Below, piece after piece: positions 30,640-39,052 of a stretch of 45,538 bases of DNA. Where the stretch lies: the NCBI GenBank assembly GCA_037441385.1, contig JBBISH010000040.1, positions 1 to 45,538 of the forward strand, in the 5' to 3' direction. Made by a program: the position numbers and the translations under genes. The notes beneath the pieces are model-generated. The model did no database searches and was not told the DNA's origin. It saw only the letters and a list, made by a program, of their open reading frames with translations. The DNA is from Myxococcales bacterium (GTDB lineage Bacteria; Myxococcota_A; UBA9042). Each line of letters opens with the position of its first letter. Position 1 is the stretch's first letter.

Positions 30640-32487
30640 TCAGGATCGACCGCCAAACCGCGCACCGCTTCGCTTGGCGACCGTGGCCAACGGGCGCAAC
30701 ACCGCCGCCTCGCTGTGCGGCTCGCGATCGCGGCGATCCGGACCGGTGGCGCCGATCGGCAGCTCCTGTCGACTCAGATCCCAGCGCTCGAACAGCCACG
30801 GCGGCGACCACGACACAAAATCGAGTTCCGGGGCCGAAAAATCGTGACGGAAAAGGCGCAGCTGCAAAGGTTCGTGGGGCAGCACCTCGGCAAACAGCTG
30901 CTCGGCCCATAGCGTCGCCGCGGCGCGTTGCACGTCCACCCCGCGCGCATCCCCCATCGTGCCCAACACCACGTTCAGGCGCATCTCGCGGCCGGCGTCG
31001 CGAAAGTGTCGAGCCAAATCACGAAGTTCCTGCTCTTGGCGGGCAATGTCGGGCGGCGGTCGGTCGCGCGGGAAGTTGGGCACGGTCACCACCAGATCCG
31101 CACCGAAATCGCCCGCTAGATCGCGCAGCTCCTGGGCCAGGTGCGGCAGGTGGCCGGCCACGCTGGGGTCGCCGAGCAGGCGGCTGGTGTCCGAGACATT
31201 CAGCCACAGTCGCAGGGCCGGCAGCGACTGGCCCGGCGTCCGCTGACCTTTCAGTTCGGCAAGGAAGTTGCGGACTTCTTCTAGATTCCCCTTTTCGATG
31301 ACCCGCTGTGCCAAGAAGCGTTGGTCCATCGGCATGCCCACGACCGCGACTTCGGCAAGGTGGCCCGCAGCGTGCGCCTGCAGCACCACCCGCGCCAATT
31401 CGGCACGGGTCGACCTTTCGGCCGCACCGGTCAGCCAGGCCACGGGACCGAATTCACTGGCCAATTGGGCAAACACCTGCGCCAACGAGGCTGGGGTCAG
31501 CAGCTCGGTGCCCGAAAACAGCAGCGGCCCGCGCCGACCGGGGTGTTGAGCGGCAAACGCGCGTGCCGCGTCGACAATCGCTTGCTGCATGCGCTCTTGC
31601 GGGTACTGCTCGATACGAAAACCAGGGCACTTTTCGCGGCAGGTGCGGCAATCGTCGATGCGGTACCACTGCTTGGCCCGAAAAGCCTTGAACTCGCCCG
31701 CACTTTCCTGCTCGAACTCGCGGTACACGGTGATGTCGTAGGTCTGCGACTCCACCTGCTCGCGTCCCAGCGGCCACAGTACGCAGTTGGGCACGTTGTA
31801 CGGCTTGATGCGCGCGCCATAGCGCTGCAGGGCGGGCAGGGCGGCGCGCACGCCTGCGACCACGTCGGCGTAGGGCACAAAAAATCGCCCCAGATCATCG
31901 ACATTGCTGCGTTGGGCGATGAAGGGCTGCACCATGAACAGGCGAATGCCCAGCGGTGCGAGCAACTCGACCATCGCGCCGATGTGCTCCACATTCTCGC
32001 GCAGCAGGATCTGGTTGTTCATCAGGCGCAGGCGAATCCCCAAGGTGTCCGCTAGTTGCCCCACGTGACGCAGCCCGGTGAGCGCCTGCTCCAGCGCCCC
32101 CGGCGCGGCCGCCAGACGGTCGTGCAGTTGCGGCGTGGGGCCGTGCAGGCTGAAGGTCAGGCTGTCCACGCCGGCGCGCAACATCGCCTCGGCAAACCGC
32201 CGATAGGCCAGCATGCGCCCGTTGGTCGTGACGCCGATGTGCTGGAAACCACGCGCCTTGGCGTAGCGCACCAAGTCCAAGAAGTCGGGGCGGATGGTCG
32301 GCTCGCCGCCCGAAAAGCCGATTTCGTCGAACTGGTTCTGCGCCGCCCAGTCGATGCGCTGGCGGATCTCGTCGCCGCTCAGGTCCAGGGCTGCCTCTTG
32401 CGGCAGGGCACGGTAGTCCAGCTGAGTGCAGTAGTGGCAGCGGCTATTGCACGAAAAACCCGTCTCGATGGTCAGCAGTTTGCTCAC
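30640..32487 (-). CDS. Radical SAM protein with long C-terminal extension
   Basis: CNSRCHYC (CxxxCxxC), FSGGEPT, TTNGRML, SLHG....HD; additional Cys in NVPNC and CRTCREKCPG; RBS GGAGG before the GTG start. Confidence 0.93.
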   Translation of the reverse strand: MSKLLTIETGFSCNSRCHYCTQLDYRALPQEAALDLSGDEIRQRIDWAAQNQFDEIGFSGGEPTIRPDFLDLVRYAKARGFQHIGVTTNGRMLAYRRFAEAMLRAGVDSLTFSLHGPTPQLHDRLAAAPGALEQALTGLRHVGQLADTLGIRLRLMNNQILLRENVEHIGAMVELLAPLGIRLFMVQPFIAQRSNVDDLGRFFVPYADVVAGVRAALPALQRYGARIKPYNVPNCVLWPLGREQVESQTYDITVYREFEQESAGEFKAFRAKQWYRIDDCRTCREKCPGFRIEQYPQERMQQAIVDAARAFAAQHPGRRGPLLFSGTELLTPASLAQVFAQLASEFGPVAWLTGAAERSTRAELARVVLQAHAAGHLAEVAVVGMPMDQRFLAQRVIEKGNLEEVRNFLAELKGQRTPGQSLPALRLWLNVSDTSRLLGDPSVAGHLPHLAQELRDLAGDFGADLVVTVPNFPRDRPPPDIARQEQELRDLARHFRDAGREMRLNVVLGTMGDARGVDVQRAAATLWAEQLFAEVLPHEPLQLRLFRHDFSAPELDFVSWSPPWLFERWDLSRQELPIGATGPDRRDREPHSEAAVLRPLATVAKRSGARFGGRS

Positions 32488-32706
32488 GCGGCCTCCGCCT
32501 TCACGCTAGATCACCCGCGGCCCGGCTGTCGAGGTACCGCCGCCAAGACCGCGCCACCGTGTGGGTTTCCCTTGGCCGGTTTTCGTTGACGGGGTCCCGA
32601 TCTGAGCGTATCTTGACGTCCGGCGGCTTGGCAAAAATCGGTCGCCATCTTCATAACGTGTTGAATTTCCGCTATTGTCCTGGCAAACAGGCTGCGCTGG
32701 TCGATC

Positions 32707-34113
32707 GTGTCCGACTCCTCTCCGCAACTGGCCCTTCCTCCGCGCCGCGGCCGCTACGGGCTTGCCACCGGCATCGGCCTGGTGGTGGCCAATATGGTTG
32801 GGTCCGGCGTGCTGACCACGGCCGGCTTCATGGCCGACACCTTGGGCCCGCTGTGGATCTTGGTGGCGTGGGTGGTCGGCGGCCTGATCGCGCTGGCTGG
32901 CGCCCGGGTCTATGCCGCCCTGGCCGACGAACTGCCGGGTTCGGGCGGTGAGTACCGCTACCTGTCCAAATTGGTTCATCCTTTTGCCGGCTACTTGGCA
33001 GGCTGGACTTCGCTGCTGGTCGGCTTTTCGGCGCCGGTCGCGATGGCGGGTCTGGCGGCGGGCGCGTACTTGGGTGTGCTGCTGGGCGTCGATCCGCGCA
33101 CGGCGGCGGTGGTGGCCGTCGTCGCCGTCACGGCGGTGCACGCGTTCCATATTCGCGCTTCGGCGCTGGTTCAGGACACGCTGGTCAGCGTCAAGGCCGT
33201 GCTGTTGGCGGCGTTCCTGCTGACGGGGCTGGCTCTGGGCAGCAAGGCGTTGCCGGCTTGGCAGCCGACCAGCGCGGCGGACGCGGTGCACCCGTTGGCC
33301 GCCTTCTTCAACTCGCTCGTCTTCATTGGCTTCTGCTACAGCGGTTGGAACGCCGTGGTGTACGTGGCCGACGAATTCGCTCATCCCAAGCGCGACGTGC
33401 CGCGTGCGATGATGATTGGCACCCTGCTGGTGACACTGCTCTACCTGGGCGTCAACTGGGTGTTCGTGGCCAACCTGACCCCGGCCGACTTGGCGGTGGT
33501 CAAGACCGAAGACGAGAAACTGACCCTGGGTCACGTGGTTCTGAGCCATTTGCTGGGGCCGTCGGGGGCGATCGCCATGTCGTCGGTGGTCTTGATCGCG
33601 CTGATCTCGTCGCTGTCGGCCATGACGTTGGTGGGGCCGCGCGTGTACGCGGCGATGGCTGAAGACCGCTTCTTGCCTGGGTTCTTTCGCCAGCGCGCCG
33701 ATTCGCCGCCGCTTGCGTCGGTGCTCTTGCAGTCGGCGGTGGCCATCGTGCTGATTCTGACTCAGCAATTCGCGGTGCTGCTCAACAACGCCGGTTCGAT
33801 CTTGACGCTGACGAGCATGCTTGCTGTGGCGGCGTTGGCGTGGCGCAAGGGCCGCAGCCTGGCTACTTCGGTCAAGTGGGCCGCGGCGCTGTATTGCCTG
33901 GCGTCGGCGTGGGCGTTGATCTTTTCGATCAAAAGCACGCCCAGTTCGCTGGTGTGGATGTCTGCAATTACCGTTGCGGCCGCGCTGGGTTACCGCATGA
34001 CGCGCCACGTGCGTGCCCGCCAGAAGTCACTGGGGACGCCGCTGCCGGCGGTCGCGCCTGCGCCAGCCAACGAGCCGCTGCTACCCAGCGACGCCGAGCG
34101 CAAGATCGCCTGA
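32707..34113 (+). CDS. APC-family amino acid permease
   Basis: ANMVGSG, YA.L....P.SGGEY.Y, YSGWN...Y.A.E...P.R..P, GPRV..AMA.D. Confidence 0.93.
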   Translation: MSDSSPQLALPPRRGRYGLATGIGLVVANMVGSGVLTTAGFMADTLGPLWILVAWVVGGLIALAGARVYAALADELPGSGGEYRYLSKLVHPFAGYLAGWTSLLVGFSAPVAMAGLAAGAYLGVLLGVDPRTAAVVAVVAVTAVHAFHIRASALVQDTLVSVKAVLLAAFLLTGLALGSKALPAWQPTSAADAVHPLAAFFNSLVFIGFCYSGWNAVVYVADEFAHPKRDVPRAMMIGTLLVTLLYLGVNWVFVANLTPADLAVVKTEDEKLTLGHVVLSHLLGPSGAIAMSSVVLIALISSLSAMTLVGPRVYAAMAEDRFLPGFFRQRADSPPLASVLLQSAVAIVLILTQQFAVLLNNAGSILTLTSMLAVAALAWRKGRSLATSVKWAAALYCLASAWALIFSIKSTPSSLVWMSAITVAAALGYRMTRHVRARQKSLGTPLPAVAPAPANEPLLPSDAERKIA

Positions 34114-34125
34114 ATTTCAAAGTAG

Positions 34126-35262
34126 TCAGGGCACCTGCTGCAGGGCATGCACCAGCGCGGCCGCCACTTGCTGCTGATCGTCGTCGCTCATGCCGTGGTA
34201 CAGCGGCAACGCCAGGCTCTGGGCCGCCCATGCCTCGGTATAGGGTAGGGGATCGCGGAGCAGATCGTGCCAGGCCGGTTCGAGATGCGCCGCCAAGATG
34301 CCCCGCCGCGCGCCTATCCCGGCGTCGTTGAGCCGCTTTAGCACTTCGTCGCGGCGCGCCGCCGGCTCGCCTTGGCCGGGCGCCACGCACACGCAATAGG
34401 TCTGCACGTTCCAAAGGTCGTCAGGTCGGGGTTGTAGCGGCGCCACCTCGTAGCACGAGGCCAGCAGTTCCTCGTAGCGGGCGGCCAGCAGGCGCCGGCG
34501 CTCGACGATCTCGCCCAGCTTGCGGAGTTGCTCCACGCCGATGGCCGCTTGCAGGTCCGTCATGCGGAAATTCCAGGCGGGCTCTAGGTATTGCTCGCGT
34601 TTGCCGCCCGCGTGGCGTTGGTCGGCGGCGATGCTCATGCCGTGGTTGCGCAGCCGGCGCAGCCGATCGGCGTGCTCGGCGTTGTTGGTCAGGATGGCAC
34701 CGCCCTCGCCGGTGGTGATGACTTTGCGCGGATGGAAGCTGAACACGGCGAATTCGGCATCGGCGGCAATGGCTTCGCCCTTGTGGAGCGAGCCCAAGGC
34801 ACAGGCCGCGTCCTCGATGAGCACCGCACCGCGTTCGTGGCAAAGCCGGCGCATCTCTTGGCGATCGAACGGCACGCCCAGCTGATGGACGGCCATCACC
34901 GCGCGGGTGCGGGGCGTCCACACGCGATCCACGCTATCGGGCGTCACGTTCGGCAAGTCGGGGGCCACATCGGCAAACACCGGCCGCGCGCCCGCCATCC
35001 ACACCGCATTCGCCGTGGCAATGAACGAGAGCGAGGGCACGATCACGTCGTCGCCAGGGTGTACGTTTGCCGCCAACAGGGCCAAGTGCAGCCCCGCCGT
35101 ACCCGAAGACACCGCAACCGCATGATCCGTGCCGCCGATCGCGGCCAGATCGCCCTCGAACGCCTCGACCCTTGGCCCCTGCACCACCCATCCCGAGCGC
35201 AGCACGGCCGCAACCGCAGCCTGCTCCTCGGGGCCAAACAACGGCTGAATGATAGGGATCAT
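34126..35262 (-). CDS. DegT/DnrJ/EryC1/StrS-family sugar aminotransferase
   Basis: SSGTAGLH, SFIATAN, IEDAA.A.G, FSFHPRK.ITTGEGG, NFRMTDLQAAIG, LPLY; true start MIPII (35262). Confidence 0.94.
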   Translation of the reverse strand: MIPIIQPLFGPEEQAAVAAVLRSGWVVQGPRVEAFEGDLAAIGGTDHAVAVSSGTAGLHLALLAANVHPGDDVIVPSLSFIATANAVWMAGARPVFADVAPDLPNVTPDSVDRVWTPRTRAVMAVHQLGVPFDRQEMRRLCHERGAVLIEDAACALGSLHKGEAIAADAEFAVFSFHPRKVITTGEGGAILTNNAEHADRLRRLRNHGMSIAADQRHAGGKREQYLEPAWNFRMTDLQAAIGVEQLRKLGEIVERRRLLAARYEELLASCYEVAPLQPRPDDLWNVQTYCVCVAPGQGEPAARRDEVLKRLNDAGIGARRGILAAHLEPAWHDLLRDPLPYTEAWAAQSLALPLYHGMSDDDQQQVAAALVHALQQVP

Positions 35263-35412
35263 CGCGCAACCTGGCGGCCCGTGGCGACCGCGACCGTTGG
35301 CTAGTCTACCGTGGCGGTGCCGCTGTGGCGACCGCGCCGGCTCGACAACCACTGCGGGAGGCGCTAGGCTATTCTCTATCCAACCGCTAGGGTAAAAATC
35401 CTGGTGCGCAAA

Positions 35413-36366
35413 ATGAGTCAAAAAAGTATGCCAGCATCTAGTGTTAATAGACAACGCATTTCTGTCACGCCCTTGACGCACCTGCAGGCCTTGGAAGCCG
35501 AGTCGATACACGTCTTGCGCGAGGTAGCCGCCAGCTTCGAGCGGTCGGCGCTGCTGTTTTCGGGCGGCAAGGACTCGATCGTCATGCTGCGGCTGGCCGA
35601 GAAGGCCTTTCGGCCCGCGCGGTTTCCCTTCCCGCTGGTCCACATCGACACCGAGCACAACTTCCCCGAAGTCATCGACTTTCGCGACCGCCGCGCCGCC
35701 GAACTGGGCGAAAAGCTGATCGTTCGCAGTGTGGAGGATTCGCTGCGGCAAGGCCGCATCGTCGAGCGCCCGGGGCAGGACAACTCGCGCAATCGGATGC
35801 AGATCACCACGCTGTTGGACGCCATCGCCGAACATCGCTTTGAGGCAGTGTTTGGCGGCGCGCGCCGCGACGAAGAAAAGGCCCGCGCCAAAGAGCGCAT
35901 CTTCTCGTTCCGCGATCAGCACGGCGCGTGGGACCCCAAGAACCAGCGGCCCGAGCTGTGGAACCTGTACAACGGCCGCATCCATCCCGGCGAGCATATT
36001 CGGGTTTTTCCGATCTCGAACTGGACCGAGCTGGACATCTGGCATTACATCGCCCAAGAGCGGCTAGAGATCCCCAGCATCTACTACGCGCACCGGCGCA
36101 AGGTCGTGATTCGGCAAGGTTTGTTGTTGCCGATCAGCCACTTGCTGCGGCCGCTGCCCGGCGAGGAAGTGGTCGAGCGGACGGTGCGCTTCCGCACGGT
36201 GGGCGACATGACCTGCACGGCCTGTGTTGCGTCGGACGCGGCGGATGCCTGTGCCATCATTGACGAAACGGCGGTGGCGCGGGTGACCGAGCGCGGGGCG
36301 ACCCGCGTGGACGACCAAGTCAGCGACGCCTCTATGGAAGACCGGAAACGCCAGGGCTACTTCTAG
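35413..36366 (+). CDS. cysD: Sulfate adenylyltransferase subunit 2
   Basis: LEAESI..LRE, FSGGKDS, GGARRDEEKARAKER, QRPELW, VRFRTVGD..CT, SMEDRK..GYF. Start uncertain (35404/35413/35428). Confidence 0.97.
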   Translation: MSQKSMPASSVNRQRISVTPLTHLQALEAESIHVLREVAASFERSALLFSGGKDSIVMLRLAEKAFRPARFPFPLVHIDTEHNFPEVIDFRDRRAAELGEKLIVRSVEDSLRQGRIVERPGQDNSRNRMQITTLLDAIAEHRFEAVFGGARRDEEKARAKERIFSFRDQHGAWDPKNQRPELWNLYNGRIHPGEHIRVFPISNWTELDIWHYIAQERLEIPSIYYAHRRKVVIRQGLLLPISHLLRPLPGEEVVERTVRFRTVGDMTCTACVASDAADACAIIDETAVARVTERGATRVDDQVSDASMEDRKRQGYF

Positions 36367-36378
36367 GAAAACAAGCAC

Positions 36379-38100
36379 ATGGACCTTCTCCGCTTCTCTA
36401 CCGCCGGCAGCGTCGACGACGGCAAGTCGACCTTGATCGGCCGTCTTCTCTACGACAGCAAAGGCGTTTTTGACGACCAGCTGCAGGCAGTTGCGCGCTC
36501 GACCGTCAATCGCAGCGCCGGGCCGCTGGACCTGAGCCTGCTGACGGACGGCCTGCGGGCCGAGCGCGAGCAGGGCATCACCATCGACGTGGCCTATCGC
36601 TACTTCCATACCCCATCGCGCAAATTCATCATCGCCGACACGCCCGGCCACGAGCAGTACACACGCAACATGGCCACCGGGGCCTCGACCGCCGACCTGG
36701 CGATCGTGCTCGTCGACGCTCGCTATGGCGTGTTGACCCAGTCGCGCCGCCACACGTTCATTGCCGCGCTGTTGGGCATTCGCCACGTGGTGGTCGCGGT
36801 GAACAAGATGGATCTGGTGGATTGGAGCCAGGCGCGCTTTGGGCAGATCGTTAGCGATTATCTGGCGTTTTCTGGTCAGCTGGGCCTGGCCGCGCCCACC
36901 TTCATCCCGCTGTCGGCACTGCTGGGCGACAACGTGGTCGAGCCGTCGGCGAACATGCCGTGGTACCGCGGTCCGCTGCTGCTGCAGCACTTGGAGTCCG
37001 TGGAGGTCGACGGTTTGCAGACGAATGCGCCGCTGCGGCTGCCGGTGCAGCTGGTGATCCGGCCGAACCTGGATTACCGCGGGTTTGCCGGGCAGCTGGC
37101 CGCGGGGCAGGTGCAGGTGGGCGACGAAGTGGTGTGCCTGCCGGCCGGGACCCGCAGCAAGGTGGCCCGAATTGCCACGTACGACGGCGACTTGCAGGCC
37201 GCGGCCGCGCCCGCGTCGGTGACGCTGCTGCTGGAGGACGAGATCGATGTGTCGCGCGGCGACATGCTGGTCCATGCCGATCAACTGCCCATGGTGGTTC
37301 GCGAATTCGACGCCAAGCTGGTGTGGATGGATGCGCAGCCGCTGGATCTGGCAAGGCCCTACCTGGTGCGGCATACCAGCCGCAGCGTGCGCGGGCGCGT
37401 GGCGCAGCTGGCCCACCGGATCGACGTGAACACCCTGGAGCATACCGCCAGCGAGACGCTGAACCTGAACGAGATCGGCCAGGTTCGCTTGAGCCTGGCG
37501 CAGCCGCTCTACCTGGATGCCTACGGCGACTGTCGCGCGACCGGCAGCTTTGTGCTGGTGGATCCGCTGACCAACGCCACGGTGGCGGCGGGCATGGTCG
37601 ACCATCAAGCTGTCGCGCAACCCGGCACGCCGGCTGGGGTCGCGCTGTTTGGGCGGGCAGAGCGCGAGCGGATCCACGGGCACCGGGCCCTGGCGTTGGC
37701 GTTGATCGGGCCCAGTGACCGCACCGCGGCCGTGCAAAGCGAGCTAGAGCGGCGACTGCTGCAGCGCGGTATCCAGGCGCTGCGGGTGGATGCGGCGTTT
37801 GTCGCTCCGCTGGCGGCCGTTACCGCGGCGGCACTGCCCGAAGTGGCGGTGGCGCTGATCGAGCGCTTGGTCGAGGCGGGCCACGTGGTGATCAGCGACC
37901 TGCCGGGCCTGGGCGACCCTGGGCGCCTGTCGCCCGCCGACCTGGTGCGGGTGCGCCTGGACGGGCAGGGCGATGCGGAACTGGCCATCGAGATAGCGGA
38001 TTTGTCGGAATCGGCCGTGGCGACGCGCATCTTGACCTGGCTAGGCGATGGCGGTCACTTGGCGGGGAAGCTGGTCGAGGGGCGCGGCGCCGGCATCTGA
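36379..38100 (+). CDS. cysN: Sulfate adenylyltransferase subunit 1 with degenerate APS-kinase-like C-terminus
   Basis: AGSVDDGKSTLIGRLL, AEREQGITIDVAYRYF, DTPGHEQYTRNM, NKMD, TVAAGM, then ~150 extra residues. Confidence 0.95.
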   Translation: MDLLRFSTAGSVDDGKSTLIGRLLYDSKGVFDDQLQAVARSTVNRSAGPLDLSLLTDGLRAEREQGITIDVAYRYFHTPSRKFIIADTPGHEQYTRNMATGASTADLAIVLVDARYGVLTQSRRHTFIAALLGIRHVVVAVNKMDLVDWSQARFGQIVSDYLAFSGQLGLAAPTFIPLSALLGDNVVEPSANMPWYRGPLLLQHLESVEVDGLQTNAPLRLPVQLVIRPNLDYRGFAGQLAAGQVQVGDEVVCLPAGTRSKVARIATYDGDLQAAAAPASVTLLLEDEIDVSRGDMLVHADQLPMVVREFDAKLVWMDAQPLDLARPYLVRHTSRSVRGRVAQLAHRIDVNTLEHTASETLNLNEIGQVRLSLAQPLYLDAYGDCRATGSFVLVDPLTNATVAAGMVDHQAVAQPGTPAGVALFGRAERERIHGHRALALALIGPSDRTAAVQSELERRLLQRGIQALRVDAAFVAPLAAVTAAALPEVAVALIERLVEAGHVVISDLPGLGDPGRLSPADLVRVRLDGQGDAELAIEIADLSESAVATRILTWLGDGGHLAGKLVEGRGAGI

Positions 38101-38149
38101 TCCGGCCGCCGTCGGCGCCTGCCGGTGAACCCTGCGCCGGGCCCTGGCG

Positions 38150-39052
38150 TTGCAGCGTATCCTACTCATTGCGTTGGGTATTGCGTTGGCCGTGATCGCC
38201 CTTATCCAAGTGGGCTATTTCCGTCGTTGCCGCCCGTAGCTTCGGATGTCGGTCCCGTTCGTGGCCGGCTCGGCGGCGACGCTGGCCTTTGCCCGCTTCA
38301 GTCTGGGCTACCTCAACGTCATCACCGCGTTCATCTTTTCGGTGCTGTTCGGCATGGGCAATGACTTCAACGTCCACATCCTGAGTCGCGATCTGGAAAG
38401 GCACTCGCTGGGCAAGATGTAGTCGCTGGGCAAGACGCCCAAAAAGACGCGGCGGTCGAGACGACGTCGACGCTGATTCGCGCGCTGCACCAGGCGGCGC
38501 TGACCACCTCGGTGGCGCTCTTTGCCTTGATCGTTTTGGATTTCCGCGGCTTCTCGCAGTTCGGCCTGATTGCCAGCGTGGGCGTGGAGATCGCGCTTTT
38601 CGCCACGCTGCTGCAGTTCCCGCCGCTGACCACGGCGATCAACCGCATTCGGCCCGGTCGCGCGGTGTCGCAGGATCAGTCCGCCGTCGCCAAGTGGATG
38701 GGTTCGTTCACGCAACCGCGCATCGCCAAGGTGTTCTTGATCGGTATGCGGTGGTCACGGCGGCGTCGTTCATCTCGGCGCGGCAGTACGACTTCGAGAT
38801 GGATTTCCACAAGTTGCAGACTGCGCCCAAGGCTGCCAAGCCGGGCGACGACAAGGGCGCCAGCAGCTGACGACCACCGTGGGCTGCACCGCGCTGCTAT
38901 TCCAAGACAACCGCGGCATGCAAAGCATCGGCTGGATGGCGACCTTGGGCTTGTTCAGCGTGTGTTTGTTGGTCAATATCCTGGCAGGGGCGATGCTCGC
39001 GGTGATACCGCCGCGCCGCAAAGCAGCCAAAGCCCCGCCGGAGCCAGCGTGA
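38150..39052 (+). pseudogene. Decayed MMPL/RND-family transporter remnant
   Basis: Fragments in shifting frames: GYLNVITAFIFSVLFGMGNDFNVHILSR; ALTTSVALFAL...DFRGFSQFG; YDFEMDFHKL; LTTTVG..ALLF..NRGMQSIG. In-frame TAGs at 38237 and 38420; no N-terminal part. Confidence 0.85.

Noticed and set aside
32511..32654. 47-aa minus-strand ORF (MKMATDFCQ...) directly upstream of the radical SAM gene as a possible RiPP precursor
   Set aside because: No clear RBS, no leader/core pattern or repeated motif, and it lies in a divergent promoter region; unsupported without conservation data.
35263..36057. N-terminal extension of the DegT ORF suggesting a fusion
   Set aside because: It is mostly the antisense of cysD; DegT homology starts at MIPII (35262).
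38512..39048. Apparent MMPL-M14 peptidase fusion
   Set aside because: The MMPL similarity shifts frame and is pseudogenic; the peptidase has its own GTG and signal peptide at 39049.
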